This document shows positions 41,534 through 51,685 of a DNA stretch of 64,000 nt, one piece after another. Position 1 is the stretch's first letter. The number at the start of each line of letters is the position of its first letter. The position numbers and the translations under genes are program-made. The notes beneath the pieces are model-generated. The model was not told where the DNA came from. It worked only from the letters and a program-made list of their open reading frames with translations, and searched no databases. The stretch is from Halioglobus sp. GTDB taxonomy: Bacteria; Pseudomonadota; Gammaproteobacteria; Pseudomonadales; Halieaceae. Location: positions 2,054,553 through 2,118,552 of the forward strand of contig OZ244998.1 in NCBI GenBank assembly GCA_965223475.1, written 5' to 3'.

Positions 41534-41962
41534 TTATAGATTCAGCGCTTGCGGCTGTTGCGCGGCGTGGGGGTGCTCGTCACCGGCATAAACCCGTAAT
41601 TTCTTGAACATGGCGCGGCCTAGCGGGTTGCGCGGCAACATGCCCTTCACGGCGTTTTGGATTGCGCGCTCCGGGGCCTTCTCGATCAATTTTTCGAAGG
41701 AAGTAGACTTCAAGCCACCCGGGTACCCTGTATGGTGGTGATACATTTTGTCGGTACGCTTAGCACCGGTAACGCGCACTTTCTCCGCATTGACGACGAC
41801 AATGTAGTCGCCGGTGTCCACGTGGGGTGTATATTCGGCCTTGTGTTTGCCACGCAGGCGATGGGCGATTTCACTCGCCAGACGGCCCAACGTTTTATCG
41901 GCGGCGTCAACCACAAACCAGTCGCGGTTTACGTCTTCCGCTTTGGCGCTGAAGGTTTTCAT
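41534..41962 (-). CDS. rplM: 50S ribosomal protein L13
   Basis: [32 protein letters not shown]. Confidence 0.99.
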   Translation of the reverse strand: MKTFSAKAEDVNRDWFVVDAADKTLGRLASEIAHRLRGKHKAEYTPHVDTGDYIVVVNAEKVRVTGAKRTDKMYHHHTGYPGGLKSTSFEKLIEKAPERAIQNAVKGMLPRNPLGRAMFKKLRVYAGDEHPHAAQQPQALNL

Positions 41963-42003
41963 GATTCCCGGCCTTTGGAAGGAGTCCAAAAATAAGAGCG
42001 CGA

Positions 42004-42032
42004 ATACTACTTAAGTGAGTGCCCCATTTCAA
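42004..42032 (-). promoter_or_regulatory. Sigma-70 promoter of rplM-rpsI
   Basis: Minus strand TTGAAA-N17-TAGTAT followed by GC-rich discriminator TCGCGC. Confidence 0.75.
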
Positions 42033-42137
42033 GCCAACGGCCCAAGAATTTTCCCCCTCTGAGGGTGCGAGATCACCCCTTGCCAAGAGCTCCCAACCGC
42101 CGTTGCAACGCGGGAGTCGCGCCCTGCCAGAACACCG

Positions 42138-42155
42138 CTAGCACCCCAGTGCTAG
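42138..42155 (-). terminator. Stem-loop just after zapE stop
   Basis: CTAGCAC-CCCA-GTGCTAG perfect 7-bp stem; weak U-tract. Confidence 0.4.
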
Positions 42156-42158
42156 GGC

Positions 42159-43274
42159 CTAGGGCCGGTGCTCTAGGGCCAAATACTCGTAGGATTGCAT
42201 CTCCCGGAGCCGTGAGGTCGTACGCTCGAACTCGAAGGCCAAGCCCTCTCCCTGATAGAGCTCCAGTAGAGGCACCGCGGCGGCCAGCACCAATTTAACG
42301 TTGCGGTCGTAAAACTCGTCCACCAAATTGATGAATCGTCGCGCCTGGTCATCTTGCTCGGGGCCAAACTGCGGTACACCGGAGATCAACACCGCGTGAA
42401 ATATCCGAGCCAGCTCGATGTAGTCCTGGGGCGAGCGCGGCTCCACGCACAGTGGTTCAAAGTCGAACCAGACGACATCGTCAGCCAAGCGGCGACAGGT
42501 GATGTAGCGATTGTTGATTTCCAAACGCTCCCAGTGCTTTCCCGGCTCCGGGGCGAGGCGCTCGAAGCTATCTTCTAAACTGCTATCGGCGCCTTCATCC
42601 AGGGGATAGTGATACAGCTCCGCACGCTGCAGGGTACGCAACCGATAATCGACGCCCGCATCGACATTCAGAATGAGTGTATGTTGTTTGAGCAGCTCAA
42701 TCACCGGCAGAAAGCGCTGCCGTTGCAGACCATTTTCATACAGGTTGTCGGGCTCGACATTGGAGGTGGCGACCAGCGTAACACCGCGCTCAAAAAGGGC
42801 GTTGATCAAGCCACCGAGAATCATCGCATCGCCAATGTCGGTGACAAAAAACTCGTCGAAGCAGATGACACGGGCCTCCTCGGCCAGATCATCGGCGATT
42901 TGCAACAGGGGGTCTTTCTGCCCCTCCAACTCGGTTAGGCGCGCGTGCACGCGCTGCATGAAACGGTGGAAATGCACGCGCAGCTTACGACGAAAGGGCA
43001 GGCATTCGAAAAATGTATCAACTAGATAGGTTTTACCACGGCCGACACCACCCCAGAGATACAACCCGCGCTCTGGCTCCTGGGGTTGCCGGCGCAATCG
43101 GCGCCACCAACTGGTCAGGCCACTTTCCACGTCGACGGTCGCCGCCAACAGCCGCTCATAGAGGTCCTGCAGCTGGTAGACAGCCTCAGTTTGTGCTGCG
43201 TCGTCGGAAAAATCCTCGCGCTCCAAATCCTCCTGATAACTTTCCCAGGGCGTCGTCATTGTCTTCGAAGGCAT
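42159..43274 (-). CDS. zapE: Cell division ATPase ZapE (AFG1 family); start uncertain (43274 or 43259)
   Basis: GLYLWGGVGRGKT, HFHRFM, FDEFFVTDIGDA, ARRFINLVD.FYD. Confidence 0.95.
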   Translation of the reverse strand: MPSKTMTTPWESYQEDLEREDFSDDAAQTEAVYQLQDLYERLLAATVDVESGLTSWWRRLRRQPQEPERGLYLWGGVGRGKTYLVDTFFECLPFRRKLRVHFHRFMQRVHARLTELEGQKDPLLQIADDLAEEARVICFDEFFVTDIGDAMILGGLINALFERGVTLVATSNVEPDNLYENGLQRQRFLPVIELLKQHTLILNVDAGVDYRLRTLQRAELYHYPLDEGADSSLEDSFERLAPEPGKHWERLEINNRYITCRRLADDVVWFDFEPLCVEPRSPQDYIELARIFHAVLISGVPQFGPEQDDQARRFINLVDEFYDRNVKLVLAAAVPLLELYQGEGLAFEFERTTSRLREMQSYEYLALEHRP

Positions 43275-43477
43275 TCTCGCGCGGTCGGTACACTCAACTT
43301 TAACCAGCACCCAAAAAATTGGCAACGACTCACCTGCAAACCCCATGCAAGCGATATAGCAGGTTGCGGCTGCGCTGCAGCGCGAACGCCCCCTCTCCAA
43401 TCATACGAAGTACTGCCGAGTGTGAAATTTAACGGTATACTCCCCGCGTCTGAATTACTGTCGAGGGGAATTTATTC

Positions 43478-43978
43478 GTGGAATTAGCTGATCTGAGCAC
43501 GCAAATGTTAATCGGTGTCGGACTTGTCATCGCCATCCTGGGCATGTTGCTGGGTTGGGCGATTGGTCGACGCACCTCCGCGGCAGGTAAAAAATATCGG
43601 GACGTCGAGCGCAAGCTCGATCAGGTGCTGCAAGATAAGAAGTTGTATGAAGACGAAGTTGTCGAACACTTTAGTGAGACGGCGGCACTCTTGAATAACC
43701 TAAACGACAGTTATCGCGATGTGCACAAGCACTTAGCTAAAGGTGCAGCAAACCTGTGCCAAGGCGAAGGGCCGGTGGCACTGGAACAGCCCAGTAGTTC
43801 TGACCCCTCTGACATTCCCCCCAAACTCGCGCACGCCCAGCAACCCTTAGATTACGCACCGAAAAGTTCGCCGCACGAAAAGGGCATGCTGAACGAGGAA
43901 TTCGGCCTCGATAGAAATGCAGAAACTCCCGAGTCTCCCGACGCCGACGAGCAGGAGGACGACCAGGCCAAGGTTTAG
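43478..43978 (+). CDS. zapG: YhcB/ZapG (DUF1043) membrane protein
   Basis: N-terminal TM, coiled coil, HFSETAALL..L..SY..VH.HLAKGA, PLDYAPK. Confidence 0.88.
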   Translation: MELADLSTQMLIGVGLVIAILGMLLGWAIGRRTSAAGKKYRDVERKLDQVLQDKKLYEDEVVEHFSETAALLNNLNDSYRDVHKHLAKGAANLCQGEGPVALEQPSSSDPSDIPPKLAHAQQPLDYAPKSSPHEKGMLNEEFGLDRNAETPESPDADEQEDDQAKV

Positions 43979-44023
43979 GCGTGAAGAACAAAACCCGTAA
44001 TAAGTAGCGGCGAAAACGCCACC

Positions 44024-44791
44024 TCAGACCGGGTTGTCAATATCGAAGAACTGGTGCTCTAGCACAAACTTTTCCGCCAGGTGCTCACCCAGGGCTTGCA
44101 CGCCATAGCGTTCCGTAGCGTGGTGCCCGGCGGCAAAGAAGTGAACGCCCTGTTCGCGCGCAATGTGCACTGTCTGTTCAGACACTTCCCCGGTGATATA
44201 GGCATCCGCCCCGGCAGTTATCGCGTGATCAATGTACCCCTGTGCGGCGCCGGTACACCAGGCGATTCGCTGCAACCGCGCGTCACCATCACCGACAACC
44301 AGGGGCGCGCGGCCCAGAGCCTCTTGCAGACGCGCCGCCAATGCCGTCGCTGTGACAGCCTCAGGGTAAAGCGCAATATTGCCGACAGTGTTGGGCGCTG
44401 CGGGTGCCAGTGGCGCGAGATCCTCGGGCGCAAAACCCAGCAGGTGGCCCAAGCGCGCGTTGTTGCCCAATTGCGGGTGAGCATCTAGGGGCAGATGGTA
44501 GGCCAGTAAACTGGCGTCATTGCTCAGCAACGCGGCCAAGCGGCGGCGCTTCATGCCGACTACCGGTTCTGCCTCGCCGCGCCAAAAGTAACCGTGGTGA
44601 ACGACAATGGCGTGTGCTCCCCAGGCCAGTGCACTATCGAGTAATGCCTGACACGCGGTGACTCCCGTTGCGATACGAGCGACTTGCGGCGCGCCTTCCA
44701 CTTGCAACCCATTGGGACAATAGTCCTCAAAGTTAGCGACACTCAGTAGCTCATCGGTGTAGCGGACGAGATCTGTCAAAGTGACTGTCAT
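44024..44791 (-). CDS. Nif3-like dinuclear metal protein (GTP cyclohydrolase I type 2 homolog)
   Basis: DYCPNGLQVEG, VHHGYFW, YHLPLDAH, AGHHATERYG, DNPV. Confidence 0.95.
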   Translation of the reverse strand: MTVTLTDLVRYTDELLSVANFEDYCPNGLQVEGAPQVARIATGVTACQALLDSALAWGAHAIVVHHGYFWRGEAEPVVGMKRRRLAALLSNDASLLAYHLPLDAHPQLGNNARLGHLLGFAPEDLAPLAPAAPNTVGNIALYPEAVTATALAARLQEALGRAPLVVGDGDARLQRIAWCTGAAQGYIDHAITAGADAYITGEVSEQTVHIAREQGVHFFAAGHHATERYGVQALGEHLAEKFVLEHQFFDIDNPV

Positions 44792-45018
44792 AGACGATTT
44801 TCTCCACCGCACCATGCACGTTGTTAAAGATGAGTGTGCCGCTGCAACACCGTGAGCTGAACCAACGCCAGGACATTCCCAGACTTAGGCACTGCTTTGC
44901 GGGAGCTAGCGCATGCAATAACTCCCGCCCCAAGCCCCGCATCATATACAATGCTCTACGCAACAAGGCAAGCCAGCGGCGCAACCCTGCGCCACCGACT
45001 ACAAGGCAATCGCAGCGG

Positions 45019-46128
45019 ATGAAATCCAGCCTCTCCTATTTCATTTGGCCCGCACTGACTGGGCTCCTCGCCGCCCTACTTATTCTAGAGCGCTGGGTCC
45101 TGCCACTGCAGGCGGCAGATGCAACCAAACACGAGCCGGTGAGCTATGCGCGGGCGGTACACGCCGCCACCACATCAGTGGTCAACATCTACACCGCCAA
45201 ACTCGTCTCCTCCGTACCCTCCGCGACGCAGAGCCACCCACTACTGCACCGCTTCGCGCAGCGGCAATCTACTAGTGGGCGTATCGAACGTGCCCTGGGC
45301 TCGGGTGTCATTATGACTGACGAGGGCCACATTCTGACCAATGCCCACGTCATCGCCGAGGCGGATTCCATTCAGGTGCTTCTACACGATGGGCGTTCGG
45401 CCCGCGCTGTGGTAATCGGTACCGACCGCGCCACGGATTTGGCCGTATTGAAAATTGATCTGCCGGATGTGCAACCTATTACGCTGGGGGATTCCGATGT
45501 CACCCGCGTTGGCGACGTCGTCTTGGCCATCGGCAACCCACTGGGGTTTGGTCACTCAGTCACCCAGGGTATTGTCTCGGCGCTGGGCCGCTACGGCCTG
45601 CAACGCAACACCTACGAAGACTACATCCAAACTGACGCCAGCATTCACTTGGGTAACTCGGGCGGCGCGCTGATCGATACCAGCGGCCGCCTATTGGGCA
45701 TCAACACGCTGATCTATACCGGGAACAATCAAACGCAATCCGCACTCACGGGCATCGGCATTAGCCTCGCTATTCCCGTCAACCTCGCCATTTTTGTGAT
45801 GCGCGATCTCATTGCCTACGGTGAAGTTATCCGCGGGTGGCTAGGCGTCAGTGTTGAACCCATTGTCCTGAGCGGTGCCAGCACTGCACTACAGGCACTC
45901 GCGGTGCTCGCAGTCGCGCCGGGTAGCCCGGCGGAAAAGGCCGGTGTGCAAGTCGGTGATGTGATCACACACATTGACGGCGAAGCGGTGAAGGACGGGC
46001 GCCTGACAATGCACCGCATAGCCCTGTTGCGACCGGGCGATACCGTTGAAATCGCACTGCGCCGCAATCGTCAGAGTCTAGAATTGCGCGCCGTGGTCGG
46101 GGTGTTGACTCAAACAGCCGCACAGTAG
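45019..46128 (+). CDS. degS: DegS/AlgW-like serine protease with one PDZ domain
   Basis: GSGVI, TNAHV, TDLAVL, GNSGG, RGWLGV; start at MKSSLSYF assumed. Confidence 0.88.
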   Translation: MKSSLSYFIWPALTGLLAALLILERWVLPLQAADATKHEPVSYARAVHAATTSVVNIYTAKLVSSVPSATQSHPLLHRFAQRQSTSGRIERALGSGVIMTDEGHILTNAHVIAEADSIQVLLHDGRSARAVVIGTDRATDLAVLKIDLPDVQPITLGDSDVTRVGDVVLAIGNPLGFGHSVTQGIVSALGRYGLQRNTYEDYIQTDASIHLGNSGGALIDTSGRLLGINTLIYTGNNQTQSALTGIGISLAIPVNLAIFVMRDLIAYGEVIRGWLGVSVEPIVLSGASTALQALAVLAVAPGSPAEKAGVQVGDVITHIDGEAVKDGRLTMHRIALLRPGDTVEIALRRNRQSLELRAVVGVLTQTAAQ

Positions 46129-46163
46129 CGGCACGAAAGGGAGTTGCCGACGGTGTTCTTCAA

Positions 46164-46275
46164 AGCCGCGAGGGCTTTCCTCTACAACCGCGAGGGCTCT
46201 TCATGACAACCGCGAAGGCTTTCCTCTAAAACCGCGAAGGCTTTCAACCAAACCGCTTAGGGCTTTTCCAACCGC
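46164..46275. repeat. Degenerate ~22-bp tandem array between degS and hisD
   Basis: CCGC cores at 46166, 46188, 46210, 46232, 46253, 46272; consensus AACCGCGARGGCTTTC; last units overlap the hisD 3' end. Confidence 0.88.
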
Positions 46276-47552
46276 AGTTCCGCGCTGCGCGCATGCGCGG
46301 TGAGGGATTCTCCGCGCGCCATTACCGATGCAATGGCTCCCAACTCATGCACTCCCCGTTCACTGCAGTGGATGATAGAGCTGCGCTTTTGAAAATCGTA
46401 CACACCCAGTGGCGAAGAAAATCGTGCACTACCTGCCGTGGGCAACACATGGCTGGGACCGGCGCAATAATCACCCAGCGCTTCAGAGGTGTAACGTCCC
46501 AGAAAGATAGCACCCGCGTGTTGCACCGCGGGCAACAACAGCTCGGGTTTCTCTACCGAGAGTTGCAGGTGTTCAGGTGCCAGCCGATTGCACAGTTCGA
46601 CAGCTTGGTTGAGGTCGCGAGTAAGAATGAGCGCACCGCGCTGTTGCAGCGATTCGCGAATGATGTCGCGGCGCTCCAAACTCGGTAGCAGGCGCTCCAC
46701 GCTAGCTTGCACACGTTGCAGAAAGTCCTCGTCCGGACAGAACAGCAGGGCCTGTGCCTGTTCATCGTGCTCCGCCTGAGAAAACAAATCCATCGCGACC
46801 CAGTCTGGCTCGGTACCGCCATCACAAATAATGACAATTTCCGAGGGGCCCGCCTCCATATCGATAGCCACTTGGCCAAATACCAAGCGCTTCGCGATCG
46901 CGACATACCTATTGCCCGGCCCGACGATTTTATCGACCGCGGGAATTGTGGTCGTGCCATACGCCAGCGCGGCGATCGCCTGCGCGCCACCGATGGTAAA
47001 CGCGCGATCCACACCGGCGATCTGTGCAGCGGCCAGGACTAAGTCATTGAGCTCTCCTCCTGGGGCGGGCACTGCCATGATCACCTCGGCGACACCCGCA
47101 ACTTTCGCGGGAATCACCGTCATTAACACCGAAGAGGGATAACTGGCTTTACCACCGGGTACATAGACACCTGCACGCTGCAGTGGCTGAACGCGCTGCC
47201 CGAGGACATTTCCCCATGCATCGGTGTACTCCCAACTCTGTTGTCGCTGGCGCTCGTGATAGTCGCGAACGCGCTGCGCCGAGACTTCCAGTGCATTGCG
47301 TTGCGCCGGGGTAATCGCCTCTAGGGCGGCAGCCATACGCGCTGAGGTAATTTCCAGGCTCGCGGTGGCATCGAGTTTGAGATTGTCAAAGCGCGCTGTA
47401 TAAGCCAGTAGTGCAGAGTCACCTTCAGTACGCACAGTGTCGATAATGTCGGCCACCAGTGCTGCCACCGAAGCACCGCCTTCGACACCGGCTTCTCGCA
47501 GTGCCGCGAATTCGGTATCGAACTCAGCAGCGCTGGCATCAAGCTGTCGCAC
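46257..47552 (-). CDS. hisD: Histidinol dehydrogenase
   Basis: [52 protein letters not shown]. Confidence 0.98.
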   Translation of the reverse strand: MRQLDASAAEFDTEFAALREAGVEGGASVAALVADIIDTVRTEGDSALLAYTARFDNLKLDATASLEITSARMAAALEAITPAQRNALEVSAQRVRDYHERQRQQSWEYTDAWGNVLGQRVQPLQRAGVYVPGGKASYPSSVLMTVIPAKVAGVAEVIMAVPAPGGELNDLVLAAAQIAGVDRAFTIGGAQAIAALAYGTTTIPAVDKIVGPGNRYVAIAKRLVFGQVAIDMEAGPSEIVIICDGGTEPDWVAMDLFSQAEHDEQAQALLFCPDEDFLQRVQASVERLLPSLERRDIIRESLQQRGALILTRDLNQAVELCNRLAPEHLQLSVEKPELLLPAVQHAGAIFLGRYTSEALGDYCAGPSHVLPTAGSARFSSPLGVYDFQKRSSIIHCSERGVHELGAIASVMARGESLTAHARSAELRLEKP

Positions 47553-48189
47553 GAGCTTGCCCCTCCACCACGGCAGCTAACGCACGCACAACCGCAGTAA
47601 TCGCATCGTGCTGTGAGCGCATCGCGGCCTTGTTGACGATCAGGCGCGAGCTGATGGCCGCGACTTCTTCCAGCGGTTCCATTCCATTGGCGCGCAAGGT
47701 ATTGCCGGTATCGACGATGTCGACGATGACGTCGGCCAATTGCATCATGGGTGCCAATTCAAGCGCACCGTAGAGTTTAATAAGATCTGCCTGAATACCC
47801 TGACGCGCAAAATAGTCGCGCGCGATATTCACGAACTTAGTCGCGACGCGAATGCGACCGCCACTGTGTTGCCGACGCGTGGGAGCCGCCGTCATCAATC
47901 GACAGCGCGCAATATTGAGATCCAGGGGCTCATACAAACCTTCGGCACCGTGTTCAAGTAAAATATCTTTGCCGACGACACCCAAGTCCGCTGCGCCCAG
48001 GCGCACGTAGGTGGGCACATCGACACCGCGCACCACGATGAGCTGTAGGTTATCTCGATTAGTATCGAACACCAGGCGTCGGCTCGCGTGAATATCTTGC
48101 ACGGGCTCGATTCCCGCTGCTGCAAGCAGGGGCAGGGTTTCTTTAAGTATGCGCCCCTTGGTGAGGGCCAGTGTCAATGATTGCTTCAT
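47539..48189 (-). CDS. hisG: ATP phosphoribosyltransferase, short form (needs HisZ)
   Basis: [43 protein letters not shown]; no C-terminal regulatory domain. Confidence 0.96.
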   Translation of the reverse strand: MKQSLTLALTKGRILKETLPLLAAAGIEPVQDIHASRRLVFDTNRDNLQLIVVRGVDVPTYVRLGAADLGVVGKDILLEHGAEGLYEPLDLNIARCRLMTAAPTRRQHSGGRIRVATKFVNIARDYFARQGIQADLIKLYGALELAPMMQLADVIVDIVDTGNTLRANGMEPLEEVAAISSRLIVNKAAMRSQHDAITAVVRALAAVVEGQARATA

Positions 48190-48279
48190 GCCATCAACCT
48201 GCTGTAGTGAAGGACCTGCGCTCCCCCCCACCACCTTGCGTGGCACGGGAGACCCTATCGCGTCTTGTCCGCGCGCGAA

Positions 48280-48525
48280 TTAACCATCGCGGTGTTGTTG
48301 CCACTCCTGTGGCGTGTAGGTGCGAATATTGACTGCATGAATGCTGCCATCGGCAATGTGGTCAGTGAGCGCACCGTACACAAGTTGCTGCTTTTTAAGC
48401 GCGCGCAAACCTTCAAACTGCTGACCAATGGCCACAATATCGTAGTTGCTGCCCTCGCCGTTCACCTCAAACTCGCAATCTGATAGATGCGCCTGCAACA
48501 ACGCTTTTACTTGGGTCGCGTCCAA
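48280..48525 (-). CDS. ibaG: BolA family protein IbaG (TTG start inferred)
   Basis: FEGL..LKKQQLVY, IADGSIHAVNIRTYTP; GGGAG SD before TTG at 48525. Confidence 0.9.
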   Translation of the reverse strand: MDATQVKALLQAHLSDCEFEVNGEGSNYDIVAIGQQFEGLRALKKQQLVYGALTDHIADGSIHAVNIRTYTPQEWQQHRDG

Positions 48526-48707
48526 TTGATTCTCCCGCTGGCACGTCAGCGTGCACTCGTAACCACCCACAACCTTGGGGGGCGCATTTTAGGGGAAAAC
48601 TCGCACGATGGCGAGACGGAGGGAGGTAGCGTAGTGATGGCTTACGTAAATACCGCACAAAACGGGCTTGCGCAGCAATATCCGCTGACGATGCACATGA
48701 TCAGTGA

Positions 48708-49400
48708 CTACTGGGCATCCACATCGACAGTCACGGTCTCCCAGGAGTCGATAACCTTATTCAAGTCACCATCCTGCTCGCGCGCGGACGCGAGGAACTG
48801 ATCGCGATAGATTTCACCGAGGTTGACACTCTCGATAATGACGTTGCGCAACTGCCACTGCCCCTCGCGGTCTTGACCCATTTGATAAAGCACTTCATAG
48901 GGCAGAGGTCTATCCGCCTCGACCTCTTGGCGCACCGTGGCTCGAGTCGCATCCGGCTCCAAACCCTCCGGACGCAGCACTTTAATCTTTGAACTGCCGA
49001 AGGCCAACAGACCTTTGCTGTAAGTGCGCACTAAGCTGGTGCGCATCACATCTGTAAAGCGATCCAACTGGTCGCGCAGTTGCTCTCGACCTGCCTCATC
49101 CAGTGAACGATAGCGCTTCGAGCTCGCATAGGGGCCCATCACTTTGCGGGCAAACCCGCGGTAGTCGAGCAAGGGATCCAGGAGTGATTGGACCTGGTCG
49201 TAGTAGCGCTCAGGGTCGTCGTCGACATAATCCTGGGCGGAATCTACCACTACCATAACTTTTTCAGTGGTTTCCTGTACCAGGGAATAAGCGATGTCGG
49301 CGGCATCCTGTGAACCCGCGGCAGGCACTTCCGCTAGAGTGGGCAGTACGGCAACCCAGAAGAGTAAAAAACCCGCCAAAAATATCTGCCTTAACGCCAT
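48708..49400 (-). CDS. mlaC: MlaC/Ttg2D periplasmic phospholipid-binding protein
   Basis: Signal peptide, D...FARKVMG, F...M..SLVRTYS, W.LRNVIIESVNL...YRDQF. Confidence 0.85.
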   Translation of the reverse strand: MALRQIFLAGFLLFWVAVLPTLAEVPAAGSQDAADIAYSLVQETTEKVMVVVDSAQDYVDDDPERYYDQVQSLLDPLLDYRGFARKVMGPYASSKRYRSLDEAGREQLRDQLDRFTDVMRTSLVRTYSKGLLAFGSSKIKVLRPEGLEPDATRATVRQEVEADRPLPYEVLYQMGQDREGQWQLRNVIIESVNLGEIYRDQFLASAREQDGDLNKVIDSWETVTVDVDAQ

Positions 49401-49673
49401 GCTGTTACTCCGTTAAAAAATCACTTGAACACTTTCCAACTAGCCCATCCTACAAGGAGGAACCCTAAGAAGAAATGCACCTTCTGAGAAAGTCCGGGAA
49501 TGCGAGCGAACATTGCCACTACCCCTCTACGCGATGCGCGGTATAATCCGCCTTCACACCCATGTTTGCTCACGTAGTGCAGACTCGCGACAGCATCACA
49601 TCTATGACAACAAATCTACCCATCAAGTTCCTTCGTGCGACAAGCTGCGTACTGTAGCAGGATTCATTAGCTC

Positions 49674-50657
49674 ATGCTGTTAGCGTCAGTCGCTATTCTC
49701 GTCGGGTTCTTGGTGTTGATTTGGAGCGCCGATTTATTCGTTGCCGGTGCCGCATCCATCGCCCGAAAACTGGGTCTTTCACCCATTATTATCGGCCTCA
49801 CCATCGTATCACTCGGCACCTCTGCACCCGAAGTGTTGGTGTCTCTCACCGCCGCTTTAGCGGGAGCCGGGGAACTGGCAATCGGCAACGCCATTGGCTC
49901 CAACATCGCCAACATTACGCTGGTATTTGGTATCACGCTGCTAGTTGCCCCGCTAATGGTGGAGGACGGCTGCATGACCAAGGAAGTACCCGTACTCTTA
50001 GTCATTACCTTCGGCGTGTGGGCTTTGATTGCCAACGGTGTGTTGTCGCGCGTCGACGGACTGATAATGCTCGCCGCACTTTCACTGCTCATGGCGCAGT
50101 TGTTGCGCACTAATCGGCTCGAGGAGCGAGTGGGTATGATCGAGCAAGGCGCGCAGGCTGATACTATCCCGCAACTATCGATTGGTCGCGCCTGGTTGAG
50201 CTTCTTTCTCGGTTTGGCTCTGCTTATCGCCAGTTCCAAACTCTTAGTTTGGGGCGCTGTGCAAGCGGCGCAAGCGTTGGGAGTATCAGAGCTCGTCATC
50301 GGCCTCACTATTGTCGCCATCGGCACCAGCTTGCCGGAATTGGCCGCTACGATTGCCAGCGCCCTGCGCGGACACACCGAAATCGCACTGGGGAATATTG
50401 TCGGGTCAAATATTTTTAATTTGCTGGTGGTCATGTCGATTCCCGGTATCGTCGAGCCGCAAGTGTTAGATCCACTTGTCGGCACGCGGGACTACCCGGT
50501 GATGGCCGGGCTAACTGTGGTGCTGGCGCTGGCGATATTTTTAAGTGCCAGGCGCGAAAAAGCCTCTCCCGGTCACGCCTATCTGGGTCGTCTTGTCGGC
50601 ACGCTGTTAGTGTCCTGTTACGGCCTGTACTATTATCTGCTGCACATCACAATCTAG
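49674..50657 (+). CDS. yrbG: Calcium/sodium antiporter (YrbG family)
   Basis: Alpha repeats GTSAPE...GNAIGSNIAN and GTSLPE...GNIVGSNIFN. Confidence 0.93.
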   Translation: MLLASVAILVGFLVLIWSADLFVAGAASIARKLGLSPIIIGLTIVSLGTSAPEVLVSLTAALAGAGELAIGNAIGSNIANITLVFGITLLVAPLMVEDGCMTKEVPVLLVITFGVWALIANGVLSRVDGLIMLAALSLLMAQLLRTNRLEERVGMIEQGAQADTIPQLSIGRAWLSFFLGLALLIASSKLLVWGAVQAAQALGVSELVIGLTIVAIGTSLPELAATIASALRGHTEIALGNIVGSNIFNLLVVMSIPGIVEPQVLDPLVGTRDYPVMAGLTVVLALAIFLSARREKASPGHAYLGRLVGTLLVSCYGLYYYLLHITI

Positions 50658-50666
50658 GCCAGGACA

Positions 50667-51668
50667 GTGACCATGGGAGCAGAGCGGCAGCCACAGGATT
50701 CCAGTACCGACTTCAATACCTCGGCGCGGCGCACCATCCGCCTGGAGGCCGAGGCCGTAGCGGCGCTGGAAGCACGCATTGGCGCCGAGTTTGTCGAGGC
50801 TTGTGAGGTACTTCTCGCGGTGAGCGGTCGTATCATCGTCACTGGCATCGGTAAATCCGGACACATTGCACGCAAAATTGCCGCCACCCTGGCAAGCACC
50901 GGCTCGCCGTCATTTTTTGTCCATCCAAGTGAGGCCAGCCACGGCGATATGGGCATGGTCACTCCCGCTGACGCGGTCATCGCACTGTCGAATAGCGGCG
51001 GAGCCACCGAAATCATCACCCTCTTACCGCTGCTAAAGCGCATGGGAGTTCCGCTCATCAGTATGACGGGCAACCCGCAATCCGCCCTCGCTCAGGCCTC
51101 CGAAGTACACTTGGACACCGGCGTCGAAACCGAGGCCTGCCCGCTGGATCTGGCGCCCACCTCGAGCACCACAGCGACCCTCGTCATGGGCGACGCACTG
51201 GCCATCGCGCTGCTCGAAGCGCGCGGCTTTACCGCTAAAGACTTCGCTTTTTCGCACCCCGGTGGCACGCTGGGCAAAAAATTATTGCTGAAGATTGAAG
51301 ATGTCATGCACACTGGCGACGCCATCCCCAAGGTAAAGGGCGACATCACCCTCTCCTCCGCTCTCCTCGAGATCAGCAACAAGGGCCTGGGTATGACGAC
51401 CATCGTCGACGGGGCCAATCACTTGGCGGGAATTTTTACCGATGGCGACTTACGTCGTGCACTAGATGTGCGTGTGGACATCAACGACACCGCCATCGGC
51501 GACTTAATGAGTAAGGGCGTAAAAACAGTACAGCCCGACATGTTGGCCGCAGAGGCCCTGCGCATCATGGAGGAAAACGAAATCAGTAGTCTCGCCGTGG
51601 TGTCCAAGGACAACACACTCATCGGCATTGTTCACCTCAAAGATTTGCTGCATGCAGGCATTGCCTGA
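50667..51668 (+). CDS. kdsD: Arabinose-5-phosphate isomerase KdsD
   Basis: GKSGH, HPSEASHGDMG, APTSSTT, SHPGG.LG, two CBS domains. Confidence 0.96.
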   Translation: MTMGAERQPQDSSTDFNTSARRTIRLEAEAVAALEARIGAEFVEACEVLLAVSGRIIVTGIGKSGHIARKIAATLASTGSPSFFVHPSEASHGDMGMVTPADAVIALSNSGGATEIITLLPLLKRMGVPLISMTGNPQSALAQASEVHLDTGVETEACPLDLAPTSSTTATLVMGDALAIALLEARGFTAKDFAFSHPGGTLGKKLLLKIEDVMHTGDAIPKVKGDITLSSALLEISNKGLGMTTIVDGANHLAGIFTDGDLRRALDVRVDINDTAIGDLMSKGVKTVQPDMLAAEALRIMEENEISSLAVVSKDNTLIGIVHLKDLLHAGIA

Positions 51669-51685
51669 ACACAGCACATGATGCC

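Noticed and set aside
44821-45018. 66-aa N-terminal extension on degS (and similar extensions on zapE, hisG, rplM, yjgA, ibaG)
   Set aside because: Longest-ORF artefacts; downstream starts fit the families better.
46164-46275. CRISPR array
   Set aside because: Variable parts are only about 6 nt, units derive from the hisD end, and there are no cas genes in the window.
48190-48290. Possible murA remnant ([10 protein letters not shown])
   Set aside because: The DK match is chance level; no MurA N- or C-terminal similarity.
49667-50485. 272-aa minus-strand ORF opposite yrbG, plus many similar 60-230 aa ORFs in the track
   Set aside because: Shadow or alternate frames of well-supported genes in GC-rich DNA.
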